Shown piece by piece: positions 8,690-18,967 of a stretch of 60,767 bases of DNA. Below the pieces are notes generated by a model. The model had not been told where the DNA came from. It saw nothing but the letters and a program-made list of their open reading frames with translations, and searched no databases. Position numbers and translations under genes: made by a program. Each line of letters begins with the position of its first letter. Within the stretch, counting starts at the first letter, position 1. Source of the stretch: Candidatus Bipolaricaulota bacterium (GTDB taxonomy: Bacteria; Bipolaricaulota; Bipolaricaulia; M55B111); NCBI GenBank assembly GCA_018335015.1, contig JAGXKX010000004.1, forward strand, positions 1-60,767, in the 5' to 3' direction.

Positions 8690-11368
8690 TTAAAGCTCGC
8701 CCCAGTTGTCACCCGAAGCGACGTCTAACTTTAACGGAATTTTGAGCTCCAGGGAGTGCTCCATAATCCCTTTTAATTCTGACTTCACTTCCTCAACCGT
8801 GAACCACGGTACTTCCATAATCAACTCGTCGTGGATCTGGAGGAGCAGCTCACCGGGTAGCTCGTCCTCGTCTATAGCCTCTTTCACGTCGAGCATGGCT
8901 ACCTTCATCAGGTCCGCTGCGCTGCCCTGAATCGGTGTATTAATCGCGTTTCGTCTATCGTAATTTCTCCTCTGCCAGTTTTTGCTGTTAATATTCGGGA
9001 GGTATCTCCGGCGGTTGAACATCGTCGAGGCGTAGTGTCTCTTCTCCGCGATTTCCACCAGGTGGTCCATGAACTCCTTAGTCCGGGGGTAGAGATCGAA
9101 AAACCGATCGATGTACTTTTCCGCTTCTTCTCGGGGAATCCCAAGATCTCGGGAAAGTCCGTACTCCGTAATCCCGTATACTATTCCAAAGTTTACCCGT
9201 TTTGCCCTGTCCCGCATCTTTTCGTCGACCTCCTCCCTGCCCACGTCGAAAATTTCGGCGGCCGTCTTGGTGTGGAGGTCTTCATCCCGTTCAAACGTCC
9301 GCAATAGCTCCTCGTCCTCCGAGAGATGAGCTAATATTCTGAGTTCGACCTGGGAATAATCCGCCCCGATCAGCTTTTTACCTTCCGGGGCGACGAAAGC
9401 CTTCCGTAACTCGCTTCCCAGCTGGGAGCCCTTAGGTATGTTTTGAAGATTGGGATCCGAAGACGACAGCCTGCCTGTAGCCGTCGCGGTCTGATTGAAC
9501 GAGGTGTGAATCCTTCCCGTTCTGGGGTTAATCGTGTCGGGCAAAGTTTCCACGTAGGTATTGAGTAGTTTGCTCAGTTCCCTGAACTCAATTATTTTTT
9601 CGGGTAGCGGGTGTTTGTCCGATAGTTCTTCCAGCACCCTGGCGTTCGTTGAAGGACCGGTCTTGGTTCTTTCGATGACGGGCAGGTCCAGCTCTTCAAA
9701 CAGAATATTTCTTACCTGTTTTGGTGAGTTCGGGTTTAACTCCTCGCCGGCCAGGTCGTTTATCTCGTCCTGAAGAGAGTCTAGTCTTTCCCGCAAACTC
9801 TCCTCGCCCTCGGCAAGTCTGTCCGTGTCCAGCTTTATTCCGTGGTATTCCATGTCCCTGAGCACGTTGATCAAGGGAAGTTCCAGTTCCCGGAAGAGGT
9901 CCCTCTGATTCCTTTCTTCCAGCTTTTCTTCAAGTTGGTCCTTCAGCGTCCAGATGATCGTGGCATCGCTCGCCGCGTACGGCCCGGCTTCGTCGATCGG
10001 CAGGTTTCGGAAATCTTTTTCTTCCTCCTGGGAAAATAGGTCGCCGAACTCGTCTACTTCCCTGCCGAGATAGGTCTGAATTATCTCCTTGAGGTTGTGT
10101 TGCCGTTTCGTCGGCTTTAACAAGTAGGATGCAATCATCGAATCAAAGGTGATACCGGAAAGCTCGACCCCGGCTTTCTTCAGGACGATCCCGTCGAACT
10201 TGAGGTTTTGCCCGATTTTTCCCAGTTCAGGGTCCTCGAAGAGCGGTTTTAACCTCTCCAGTACGGTGGATTTGGGTATAGTATCGACTTCGCCGTGGCT
10301 TATGGGGACGTAATAACCGAGTTCTTCTTCCAGGGCAATGGAGATTCCCACGGGGTTTGCGTCGATTGGATTGAGTTCGTCGGTCTCGATATCGAAGGCA
10401 AATTCGCCCCGGGACTCCACCTTACTTGCCAGAGAGCCCAACTCTTCCTCGGTATTGACCAGTTCCCAGGAAATTTCAGTTCCCTCGTCGCCCAGATCCT
10501 CGAGGAATGACGCGAGCTCCAGGTCCTTTAAAAGTTCCTGGGCTCTCGTTATGTCCGGAGGGCGGATTCTGAGATCATCGAAATCGTACTCCAGTTCGAA
10601 GTCTTCCCGAAGTTCAACCAGGTGTTTGCCTTCCCTGGCCACCTCGCCGTGTTCGATTAAATTGTTCTTGACCCTGGTGGAGTCAACTTCTTCCACCCCC
10701 TCAAGGATATCCTCAAGGGAGTCGAATTGGGAAAGTAGCTTCTGGGCTCGAACCTCGCCGACCTGAGGCACACCGGGAATATTGTCAGAGGTATCACCGA
10801 TCAGGGCGAGAAAATCCCTGATCATTTCCGGGGGTACCCCGTACTTTTCTTCGACTCCCTCGGCGTCCATCACCTCTAACTCGTTGTCGTCCCCCGTGTC
10901 GACTATCTTCACGGTATCGTCGACGAGCTGGGCAAGGTCCTTGTCGCCAGTAAATATGAGCGTATCCATTCCGGCATCCCGCGCCAGGTTTGCCAGCTTG
11001 GCTATTACGTCGTCCGCTTCGTAACCTTCCTTCCTGACAACCCTGTACCCGAGGCTTTCGGTAATATCCTCGATTTTGGGAATCTGCCGAGCGAGTTCCT
11101 CCGGCATCTCGGGGCGATTGGCTTTGTATTCCTCGAATTCTTCGTGGCGGATTGTCTTTCCTTTGGAATCCATGGCAAGGACGACGTGAGAAGAAGGAAA
11201 TTCTTTCAGCACTTTTTCGAGGGACTGTAAATAACCGTATATAGCGTTCGTGGGAAATCCGCTACTTGTTGCCAGCCCCCGAATGGCGTAGAACGACCTG
11301 TACATTATCGCGTGACCGTCTATAAGAAGGAGCCTGTCCTCTTCCGGCTCCTCTGGAACGAGGGTCAT
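8690..11368 (-). CDS. polA: DNA polymerase I
   Basis: 5'-3' exo (LIDGH, YEADD), 3'-5' exo (FDIET) and polymerase motifs (DYSQVELR, NTPIQGSAAD, QIHDEL); ATG at 11368 follows a GGAGG RBS and overlaps the ruvC stop. Confidence 0.97.
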   Translation of the reverse strand: MTLVPEEPEEDRLLLIDGHAIMYRSFYAIRGLATSSGFPTNAIYGYLQSLEKVLKEFPSSHVVLAMDSKGKTIRHEEFEEYKANRPEMPEELARQIPKIEDITESLGYRVVRKEGYEADDVIAKLANLARDAGMDTLIFTGDKDLAQLVDDTVKIVDTGDDNELEVMDAEGVEEKYGVPPEMIRDFLALIGDTSDNIPGVPQVGEVRAQKLLSQFDSLEDILEGVEEVDSTRVKNNLIEHGEVAREGKHLVELREDFELEYDFDDLRIRPPDITRAQELLKDLELASFLEDLGDEGTEISWELVNTEEELGSLASKVESRGEFAFDIETDELNPIDANPVGISIALEEELGYYVPISHGEVDTIPKSTVLERLKPLFEDPELGKIGQNLKFDGIVLKKAGVELSGITFDSMIASYLLKPTKRQHNLKEIIQTYLGREVDEFGDLFSQEEEKDFRNLPIDEAGPYAASDATIIWTLKDQLEEKLEERNQRDLFRELELPLINVLRDMEYHGIKLDTDRLAEGEESLRERLDSLQDEINDLAGEELNPNSPKQVRNILFEELDLPVIERTKTGPSTNARVLEELSDKHPLPEKIIEFRELSKLLNTYVETLPDTINPRTGRIHTSFNQTATATGRLSSSDPNLQNIPKGSQLGSELRKAFVAPEGKKLIGADYSQVELRILAHLSEDEELLRTFERDEDLHTKTAAEIFDVGREEVDEKMRDRAKRVNFGIVYGITEYGLSRDLGIPREEAEKYIDRFFDLYPRTKEFMDHLVEIAEKRHYASTMFNRRRYLPNINSKNWQRRNYDRRNAINTPIQGSAADLMKVAMLDVKEAIDEDELPGELLLQIHDELIMEVPWFTVEEVKSELKGIMEHSLELKIPLKLDVASGDNWGEL

Positions 11369-11880
11369 TCCATTGCCTCCTCCCACTGCTGATTCACGGC
11401 GGACTTAGCATCGAGGCCACAGCAAAGAGATACCCCTATGGCGTCGGCGGCGTCCGCCGGAGAGGGAAGTTCGTTCAATCCGAGTAATCGTTGAATCATC
11501 GTCTGAACCTGTTTTTTATTTGCTTTTCCGTATCCAGTTATGGTCTTTTTGATCTCGAGCGGGGAATAACTGACCACCTCTCGGCCGGAAGCGGCAAGGA
11601 TAATAACGCCCCGGGCCTGAGCCACCAGTACCGCCGTCTTCTGGTTATTACTAAAAAATATCTTCTCGACGGCGACCATTCCCGGCTCGTACTCCTCGAC
11701 TAAATCCCTCACTTCCGAATAAATCGACTCAAGCCTGGCGTCCATGGGCTCGTCAGATGATGTACGAATCGCCCCGCTTTCCCTTAGCTCAAACGACCTC
11801 TGGCCAGAAGCCTCGACCAGGGAGTACCCGCAGGTGGCGAGTCCGGGATCGATTCCCAGAATGACTTCCGATTTGTTCAC
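11365..11880 (-). CDS. ruvC: Holliday junction resolvase RuvC
   Basis: ILGIDPG, AVEKIFF, QARGV, DAADA motifs. Confidence 0.95.
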   Translation of the reverse strand: MNKSEVILGIDPGLATCGYSLVEASGQRSFELRESGAIRTSSDEPMDARLESIYSEVRDLVEEYEPGMVAVEKIFFSNNQKTAVLVAQARGVIILAASGREVVSYSPLEIKKTITGYGKANKKQVQTMIQRLLGLNELPSPADAADAIGVSLCCGLDAKSAVNQQWEEAME

Positions 11881-12410
11881 AGCAATTCAGCCAGTTTTTC
11901 CATTCTCGGGTCCTTTGCTTCGCCTTCCTCATCAGTTTCACAGGAGTGGTCTTCTTCTTCGTTTAAGTTTGCTCCACAGTTTGGGCAGAGCCCCTCGCAA
12001 TCATCTTTACAGAGGGGATAAGGTTCCAGATCCAGCTTCAGGAAACGGATTATATATGGTAAAAGATCGATCGTCCCGCTACCGCTTTCGTACCTGTATA
12101 TGGAAAGGTCTCCCTCGCTTTCGACTTCGGCTTCCATATCGGGACGGAATTCGATCTCTTCGTGTCTATCTATTCTGGTCTCGATCGGTTCAAGACATCT
12201 CCGGCAGTGTTCGATAACGGTAGTGGTAAAATCGATTGAAACGTTTATGATCCCTTCTTCCGAAGTAAAGGTCGCTCCCCCGGTAACGATTAGTTGATCC
12301 GCGACTTCCAGTTCGTCTTTGTGGAAACTTATGGTATCGAGGGAGGTACGTTCGTCGATCGAGACAAACTTTCCTTCTTTGCTCTTCAATTCGCTTAACT
12401 TTAGTTCCAT
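11877..12410 (-). CDS. DUF177/YceD-family metal-binding protein
   Basis: CRRCL and LC..DC.GLCPNCGANLN...DPR motifs; ATG at 12410 follows GGAGGAG. Confidence 0.88.
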   Translation of the reverse strand: MELKLSELKSKEGKFVSIDERTSLDTISFHKDELEVADQLIVTGGATFTSEEGIINVSIDFTTTVIEHCRRCLEPIETRIDRHEEIEFRPDMEAEVESEGDLSIYRYESGSGTIDLLPYIIRFLKLDLEPYPLCKDDCEGLCPNCGANLNEEEDHSCETDEEGEAKDPRMEKLAELL

Positions 12411-13154
12411 TTTGATCTCCTCCAGGTGAGAAGTAATTGTACCTGAATCCAGCCGTTCTTTACAGTTCACCCGCTAGAATGTAGGAATAAACCAGCTTCC
12501 TGTCGTAAGTCAAATCTACTAAATTAATCGGACTTGACGGCTTTTCTAACGACCTGGTTTTGTTTGACGGTTAACAGGTTATGTCAAAACTCTCTCCGTA
12601 TTTCAGCCACCTTGAAAGTGGTCGTGTTGAGGCAAGTATCGGGCATTCGTGATTATCACCCCGATCGGATGAAGGATCGATAATAACTTTCTTCTTGCTC
12701 CAAATGAAGTATATATTACCGGGAAAAGGTAATCAATTAACTGTATGGGTTTTTTACCTATGTTCTTCCGGGAGAACAGGGACCGCCCTAATGCAGGAGA
12801 TATAACAGCGCGAACTTCCACGATCGGGTGGTTTGTGTGGGTTAGCCTTCTATTCAGGAAATCGATAGCCGGATTTTTCAGGTCCGGTGTTGTGATTGGT
12901 TGAAGCGTAATAGCTCGTCCTTTGGTAAATTTCCAGTAATTATTACCAAAGTGAAACACAAAACACTTCAAGCCATGTCTATACCAGGGCTAAAAAGCCC
13001 TACCTTACCTATCGTGACAACCGGGGGGTTCTTTTTTGCGAAAATTCCGGGCGAGCGCGGGGCTCGTTCTGCTATGGAGGCCCTGAAGACATCCGCTACA
13101 AAAGTTCAGTGGGGTGTGTCCGGCGAGGGTAAGTAGCAACAAGGAGGTCCATCT

Positions 13155-14177
13155 TCATCCTGCCTCTACGTTCATGACTATTGTCGGTTTGCCACCGTTC
13201 TTGAGAGACCGTCGGGCCGCGTCGAGGACCTTCAGGACGTTCAAACCGTCCTTTCCGTCGCTTCTCGGCTCGGTCCCGTTCTCGAAGGAATGAAGAAAAT
13301 GACGGCACATTTTCTTCATTGGCTCCTCCAGGGAAATATTGGGGATGTAAACGTCCCCGTAGCGGACGTTAAAACCTCCCTCGCCGGACTCTTCAGCACC
13401 TTTGTCAAATATCCACAGCTTGTTTCTGCTCTCCATGTCGTCGAACGTGGCCATTTTTTTGCTTCCAACTACGGTCATCCTTCGGGTTTTGTGGGGATCC
13501 AGCCAGCTTAAATGGGAATGAGCTTTAACGCCGTCCTCGAACTCCACAGTGAGGAAAACCGCATCCTCCCTCCCTTTCTCCCGCTCTAGGTATCTTCCCC
13601 CGTCAGCCGTGACTTCTTTCGGTTCCTTATTTATCAGATATAGCATAAGTGAGACTTCCTGAGAACCGAGGCTCCAGAGGATGTCTTCCTCGGTCTCCAG
13701 GTCCTCTAGGTCGAGTCGCTGACCGTGTACGTAGTATATGTCCCCCAGCTCGCCAGATTCTATCTTTTCATCCAGTACTTCCACCGCTGAGTGGTACTCG
13801 AGAAGGTGATCCACCATAAGTGTAGAATCTTTTTCCCTTGCCAGCTTCAGCAATTTTACGGCGTTGCTCACCTTCTTGGCCAGAGGGCGTTCGACCAGTA
13901 CGTGCTTTCCGGCTCCTAGTGCCCGCTTCGTCAGTTCGAAATGGGTGGTTCCCGGCGTCGATATCACTACAGCCGGTATTGACCTGTCTTCAATTATCTC
14001 GTCGCAACGCCCTGCAGTATCGATTTCCTGGTAATCCCGTTTAACTTCCTCCAGGCGCTCCTGATTCGAGTCGCACACTGTGACGTTACTTTGTCCGAGC
14101 AACTCTGAAAAGTTACGAACCAGATACTTGCCCCACTTTCCGGCTCCTATAACCGCGAGTTTATCGACTCCCCCCAT
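13155..14177 (-). CDS. Gfo/Idh/MocA-family oxidoreductase (WbpB/WlbA-like), non-canonical active-site motifs
   Basis: GAGKWG Rossmann motif, GKHVLVERP, SWLDPHK. Confidence 0.8.
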   Translation of the reverse strand: MGGVDKLAVIGAGKWGKYLVRNFSELLGQSNVTVCDSNQERLEEVKRDYQEIDTAGRCDEIIEDRSIPAVVISTPGTTHFELTKRALGAGKHVLVERPLAKKVSNAVKLLKLAREKDSTLMVDHLLEYHSAVEVLDEKIESGELGDIYYVHGQRLDLEDLETEEDILWSLGSQEVSLMLYLINKEPKEVTADGGRYLEREKGREDAVFLTVEFEDGVKAHSHLSWLDPHKTRRMTVVGSKKMATFDDMESRNKLWIFDKGAEESGEGGFNVRYGDVYIPNISLEEPMKKMCRHFLHSFENGTEPRSDGKDGLNVLKVLDAARRSLKNGGKPTIVMNVEAG

Positions 14178-14436
14178 ATAGCCTCCTTTTAATTCTCCCG
14201 ATTCTTTTATCTCTAATAGTAGTGATCGAAGTCAAAATGCCCCCTGTTCGCAAAAAAGTAGACTATAACAAAAGTGCTGACAGATCAATGACAGGCGTCC
14301 CTTCTCTCCGTTAAATAGGTCTTCCTACAAAACAAGCTCGGTAGTAGTCACCTATGTGGGAGGTCCTAATTAGATAAAATTCGAGAATTTTAGCAATAGT
14401 TTAACTTATGTTTAATTAATATACATTTGAATATAT

Positions 14437-15579
14437 TTGCCCTGGAGGTTACCGTTAATTGAGAAAATTTATTTCACTACCCTTCGGGAGGTGGTTACTA
14501 TTTTATTTAAAAATTTTAAGCGAACACTAATAATATCTTTGACGATTGGAGCACTGATTTTAGCGTTTTCGGTTGTAGTGCTTGGCCAGGAAGATGTTCA
14601 AACACCCTCTGACCAGGCGAAGATAGGGTATAGGAATGTGGGAAGTGTAATGAGCGAGGTAAGCGGAGCTGACGTTGATAAGAGTACCCTGGTAAAGGAG
14701 GCCCTATCAAATCTGTTTGCAGAACTGGCCGAACACATGAAAGAAAAAGGTGTACCGGAACAGGTGGTAGAAAATTTCGAGGATAGAGCAGAATCACTCA
14801 AAGAACTCGGGGAGGTTCTCACGAAGAACCAAATCGGTTCTGAGGCTTCCAGTATGGTCCGAAGTGCCGGTCGAGAGGACCCGGGTGGTGGAGTTCCTCT
14901 GTCCGTACTGGAGAAAGCAGGTCTGGATAAAGAAGACTTAGAAGGATTAACCGAAAAGGGATCAAATAAAAAGAAAGCTACCATGGTAGTAAAAAAGATG
15001 GCCCAAACGTCCGAGGAGGAACAGGTGACGGAAAAAGTCCGGGGCCAGGACCGGGAAAGCGACAATAACGGAAACGGAAGTGCGGGTAAACCCGAAAAGG
15101 CCGGGAACCCGGGAAACAGCGACAAAGGGGAAAGCAACAAAAACGAGGCCGCTACAACCGACGACCAGGGAGAGGCAAAAGCGAACAACGGTAACGGATC
15201 CGACGAAGCAGGTCCTTCAAACCAGGACGATAAAGAAAGCGTGGGGAATGGTAACGAAAACAAAGACACACCGGGGAATGACGCCGCTAAGGATAAAGGT
15301 AATTCCTCCGGTCAAGGCAGTGACGGCGCAGGACCACCTGGAGACGAAGAAATTAACGAAGAAGGTAATTCGGATCAACCAGCTGATAATAGTGGAACTC
15401 CGCCCGGTAATCTTGGGAAAGAGGATAACGGAAATGATAAGGGAAATGAAGTAAAAGAAGATCATGGAAACTCCGGAGGGCCAGGGCAGGGAAATTCCAA
15501 CTCACCCAAAGAGGATGAAGAAGAAGGTCAAGATAAAAATAACAAAGGAAAAGGAAACGGTAAAGGGAACGACAAGTAA
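14437..15579 (+). CDS. Secreted hypothetical protein with long G/N/D/K-rich low-complexity C-terminus
   Basis: Hydrophobic signal-like N-terminus; helical acidic domain; ~180-aa disordered tail ending GKGNGKGNDK; true start uncertain. Confidence 0.7.
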   Translation: MPWRLPLIEKIYFTTLREVVTILFKNFKRTLIISLTIGALILAFSVVVLGQEDVQTPSDQAKIGYRNVGSVMSEVSGADVDKSTLVKEALSNLFAELAEHMKEKGVPEQVVENFEDRAESLKELGEVLTKNQIGSEASSMVRSAGREDPGGGVPLSVLEKAGLDKEDLEGLTEKGSNKKKATMVVKKMAQTSEEEQVTEKVRGQDRESDNNGNGSAGKPEKAGNPGNSDKGESNKNEAATTDDQGEAKANNGNGSDEAGPSNQDDKESVGNGNENKDTPGNDAAKDKGNSSGQGSDGAGPPGDEEINEEGNSDQPADNSGTPPGNLGKEDNGNDKGNEVKEDHGNSGGPGQGNSNSPKEDEEEGQDKNNKGKGNGKGNDK

Positions 15580-15628
15580 AACAACCACACGTAAATATAG
15601 TAGACTAAGTAAACTTTTTAGATAATGA

Positions 15629-15664
15629 AAAGGCCCGGGAACAACTCCCGGGCCTTTATTTTTT
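15629..15664 (+). terminator. Rho-independent terminator
   Basis: AAAGGCCCGGGA-ACAAC-TCCCGGGCCTTT followed by a T-run. Confidence 0.8.
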
Positions 15665-15985
15665 ACTATGGGCCAACCCAAATGTACTCCTTTAAAAGGC
15701 GAACCTGAAACCCATAAGTTAGATGCCAAATGAACAGCAGGACATGAGGCTGGGTCCCCGCTTTCGTCCGAAACTAACGAGGAAACCGGAGAACAAAAAA
15801 ATTCTTCACCCACAAGAGCCTTAACACTTTATAATCTCCTTAAATACGGATTTACAGGTGACTTTTTCCTTTTGCAAGGACATAATTTACCAAATTAACA
15901 GATATTTATCACTTACAGCCGACAGCCAGTTTTACATCCTTTCAATTAGTTACCGATACCTTTTACCATAGGATAAGCCAAAAAA

Positions 15986-17932
15986 ATGAGTTTTAGACGA
16001 CGTCTTAACTTTATCTCCTGTGTTATCGTAATAGTTTTTGCACTTGGCCTAGGCACCGTCGGCCTTTCCGAGGAGGCCGGTGACCTGGTGATTACCGAAA
16101 TCGCCTGGATGGGGACCGAGGCCAGTTACGCCGATGAATGGATTGAACTCTATAACACAACGGGTTCTTCAGTAGACCTGGACGGATGGTCCCTGTACGG
16201 TGCCTCTTCCGGAGAATGCCTTAACTTTTCCGACGCCGACGGTTCTACCACTACCATCGTAGAGCCCTACGACTACCTGATCTACGCGGCCCACCAGGGC
16301 GATCTAAAAAATGAATCCGGAGCCAACCTCGTCGATATTTGGGATTCTACCATATCACTGAGCAACAGCTCTCCCGGTGAACTGATCCTCTACGATTCCA
16401 GTAACTGCACGGGGGACGTCGTGGACAGGGCCAACCAGCCCGACGGACCCTGGCTCGCGGGTGATAACTCCGAAAAAAGGACGATGGAAAGGGGTAATTA
16501 TTCTGGATCGGGGACGGACACGGATAACTGGGAGGACAATGACCCCGCAGTCAGCAGCACCGGGCTAGACGAAGACGGGAACCAAATAAAAGGAACACCA
16601 GGTACTAAAAACTCCGTTTATCAGAACAATCCTCCTGTCGCGGAGATCACAGGACCGGCGGAGTGTTCGCTGGGAGAAGAAATACAACTGGACGGTTCAA
16701 ATTCCGAAGATCCCAACGGATACATCGAATCCTTCCGCTGGGATCTCAACGGGGACGACGATCACGAAGTCGGATCAAAAGAATACGTTTCAGTTGCATG
16801 CTCGGACCTGGAATCAGTCAAAGTGAGTTTAAAAGTGAGGGATAACGATGGCGCGACCGACTTCGGATCCTTTTCAATCGAACCAAAACGCCCTTTCGAC
16901 GTCGAAGCGGGGAGGGACAGGTCTATAAAGCTCGGTTCGAGCGCGAAGTTAGAAGGTGCTATATCCGGTAATGAATCAAGGAGTTCCGTTAGCGTCTCCT
17001 GGGAACTACTGGAAGGGCCGGGAAAAGAAAACTGGAAGGTTGACGAACCGGGTAGAGTGGATCCTATATTCGTGCCTGAAGAACCGGGGACTTACCGGCT
17101 AAAACTGGTTGCCTCGACTGAAGGCGGAGTCAAACTGTCCGACGAGCTAACCATCTCGGTCAAGCAAAACCCCACTATAGATGAAGGAAAACTAGGAGTG
17201 AAGTTTATTTCAGAGACCGATTGCTCCTACGAGGGGAAGACCGAGACTGGGTTAAGAGCGGAAATAATCGAGAGCGAAGATCAGGTTCGGGGGACTATTA
17301 TCGGTTATAACCTCGAGGGAGAACCTGAATTTAATTTACCCGAGAAAACCCCGATTTCCTTCAAGGACCTCAAGGTCACCAATCTGAGTAGTGGGGTCGC
17401 GAGCGTTGATTTCTTCTATGACCAGGACAAATTGGATCCCAGCCAAAGAGAAGAAAACCTAGATCTGCTGTACCACCAACCTGAAGAAGGCTGGATTCAG
17501 GCGGAGGACGTAAGCGTTCGTCCCGGGAATAACTGCGTCACGGGAAAGATCCCTATTTCAAGTCTGAAGGGAACTCCTTTGACCGTAGCTGTCAGGGATT
17601 CATCAGATGATTCGATCGAAGAGCCACCTATTAAGACGGGCGGACTCTTGACTCATGGTCCCAATCCGATACCCGATGATGGGTGTATTTTCTGGTTCGA
17701 CCTCCCGAAGGAATCCGTCGGGGGAACTCTAAAGATTTACGCCGCAGACGGCAAATTACTTTACGAGAGGGAAATTTCCGGGGAACAGGAGAGGTTTCCG
17801 GTTGAGAGCAGGTGGAATCCCGTTGACGTTAACGGCCACCACCTGAATTCGGGCATATATTTTTACAGGTTGAAAATTAATATTTCCGGGGATATCCGGT
17901 GGTCGGAGGTGAAGAAACTAGTAATAAAATAG
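15986..17932 (+). CDS. Secreted protein: lamin-tail domain + PKD/Ig repeats + T9SS-CTD/FlgD-Ig-like C-terminal domain
   Basis: Signal peptide; LVITEIAW..DEWIELYN...GTPG (LTD); LDGSNSEDPNG..FRWD and V.LKVRDNDG (PKD); GPNP..IYAADGK..SGIYFYRL..KKLVIK tail. Confidence 0.75.
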   Translation: MSFRRRLNFISCVIVIVFALGLGTVGLSEEAGDLVITEIAWMGTEASYADEWIELYNTTGSSVDLDGWSLYGASSGECLNFSDADGSTTTIVEPYDYLIYAAHQGDLKNESGANLVDIWDSTISLSNSSPGELILYDSSNCTGDVVDRANQPDGPWLAGDNSEKRTMERGNYSGSGTDTDNWEDNDPAVSSTGLDEDGNQIKGTPGTKNSVYQNNPPVAEITGPAECSLGEEIQLDGSNSEDPNGYIESFRWDLNGDDDHEVGSKEYVSVACSDLESVKVSLKVRDNDGATDFGSFSIEPKRPFDVEAGRDRSIKLGSSAKLEGAISGNESRSSVSVSWELLEGPGKENWKVDEPGRVDPIFVPEEPGTYRLKLVASTEGGVKLSDELTISVKQNPTIDEGKLGVKFISETDCSYEGKTETGLRAEIIESEDQVRGTIIGYNLEGEPEFNLPEKTPISFKDLKVTNLSSGVASVDFFYDQDKLDPSQREENLDLLYHQPEEGWIQAEDVSVRPGNNCVTGKIPISSLKGTPLTVAVRDSSDDSIEEPPIKTGGLLTHGPNPIPDDGCIFWFDLPKESVGGTLKIYAADGKLLYEREISGEQERFPVESRWNPVDVNGHHLNSGIYFYRLKINISGDIRWSEVKKLVIK

Positions 17933-17937
17933 CCATT

Positions 17938-18816
17938 ATGAAAGGATTTCCTAAACTCTATATTTCGATCATCGCACTGTTATTCCTTTTTCTCTCACTC
18001 GACTGCCATGCAGCCTCCACGGGAATTGATTCTCTTTTCGAATTACCCTTGGATGCCAGAAGCATGGGAATCGGAAAAGTTTCGCTCGGAATTTTGGCCG
18101 ACAGTGCCGGTGCTTTCGATAATCTCCTCGAGGGAAAAAAACCGGGCAAGTGGGAGCTGTCCTCTCTTTACGCCAATCAGTTAGGGGAACTCCATTACGC
18201 CACGCTCAATCTCCGAAGAAAAAACATTGGCGTCTCTTATCGGAGACTCAGTTCGGGGGAACTTACCGAACGGGACCTGCGAGGTAACGAGACAGGCAGG
18301 AGTTTTCGATACCGCAATCAGGGACTGGTAGGACGTATCGGGAGGTCATTCGGGCGTATGGGGCTATTGTTAAAGGGCCGGATAATCCAGAAAGGGATCG
18401 AAGACGGGGTTCTTTTGGGGTCGCTTACTCCGGGACTTAGCTACGAAATCAGCCCGGTAAGAGTTGGGTTGACGTTTTCGAATTTGATAGGCGGTGAAAT
18501 CTCCAGTTCGGGAGGCGGCTCGAGAACGTGGAACAAGGAGTTAACGTTCGGTCTCGGGTTTGAGACGGGTAATTTCATAGCCGGAATCGACCTGGAGGCC
18601 GAATTTCACGATCGTGGAGTAGAGCCGAACGGCCTTAGCGCCGGGATAGAGTGGTGGATAAGGAATTTCGTTGCCTTGAGGCTGGGGATAATGGACGACC
18701 TAAGACAGGCTATCGGATGGGGAATACGGGGGGAGAATATTCAACTCGATTACGCCTACCTCCGGCACGGTGAGCTGTCGAACAGTCATTTTGTTTCCTT
18801 TAGCTGGATTATTTAA
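17938..18816 (+). CDS. PorV/PorQ-like outer-membrane beta-barrel protein
   Basis: Signal peptide; ARSMGIG N-terminal motif; ALRLG and LDYAY..HGEL..SHFVSFSW C-terminus; amphipathic strands. Confidence 0.6.
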   Translation: MKGFPKLYISIIALLFLFLSLDCHAASTGIDSLFELPLDARSMGIGKVSLGILADSAGAFDNLLEGKKPGKWELSSLYANQLGELHYATLNLRRKNIGVSYRRLSSGELTERDLRGNETGRSFRYRNQGLVGRIGRSFGRMGLLLKGRIIQKGIEDGVLLGSLTPGLSYEISPVRVGLTFSNLIGGEISSSGGGSRTWNKELTFGLGFETGNFIAGIDLEAEFHDRGVEPNGLSAGIEWWIRNFVALRLGIMDDLRQAIGWGIRGENIQLDYAYLRHGELSNSHFVSFSWII

Positions 18817-18967
18817 GAAGTACAAGTTGCAGGTGCTGGGTGCTAGGTAAAAAAACACCTATCGGGTTTCCTATTTAGCCGGACTCCTAGCTTAATCCCT
18901 GCCATCTTTTAGGTACTAGGTTTCGGTACTTGATACCAGGGCGAAGACATCTATCGGGTATCCTCAT

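Noticed and set aside
12870-12895. SRP RNA (TCAGGTCCGG motif)
   Set aside because: The expected continuation AAGGAAGCAG is absent.
12603-12971. 122-aa minus-strand ORF
   Set aside because: Basic, non-acidic composition unlike the proteome; no RBS or recognisable motif.
14598-15269. Long antisense or overlapping ORFs (also 56512-57144, 38273-38782, 48454-48933 and many others)
   Set aside because: Shadow frames of well-supported genes; the S/F/L-rich translations mirror the acidic codons on the opposite strand.
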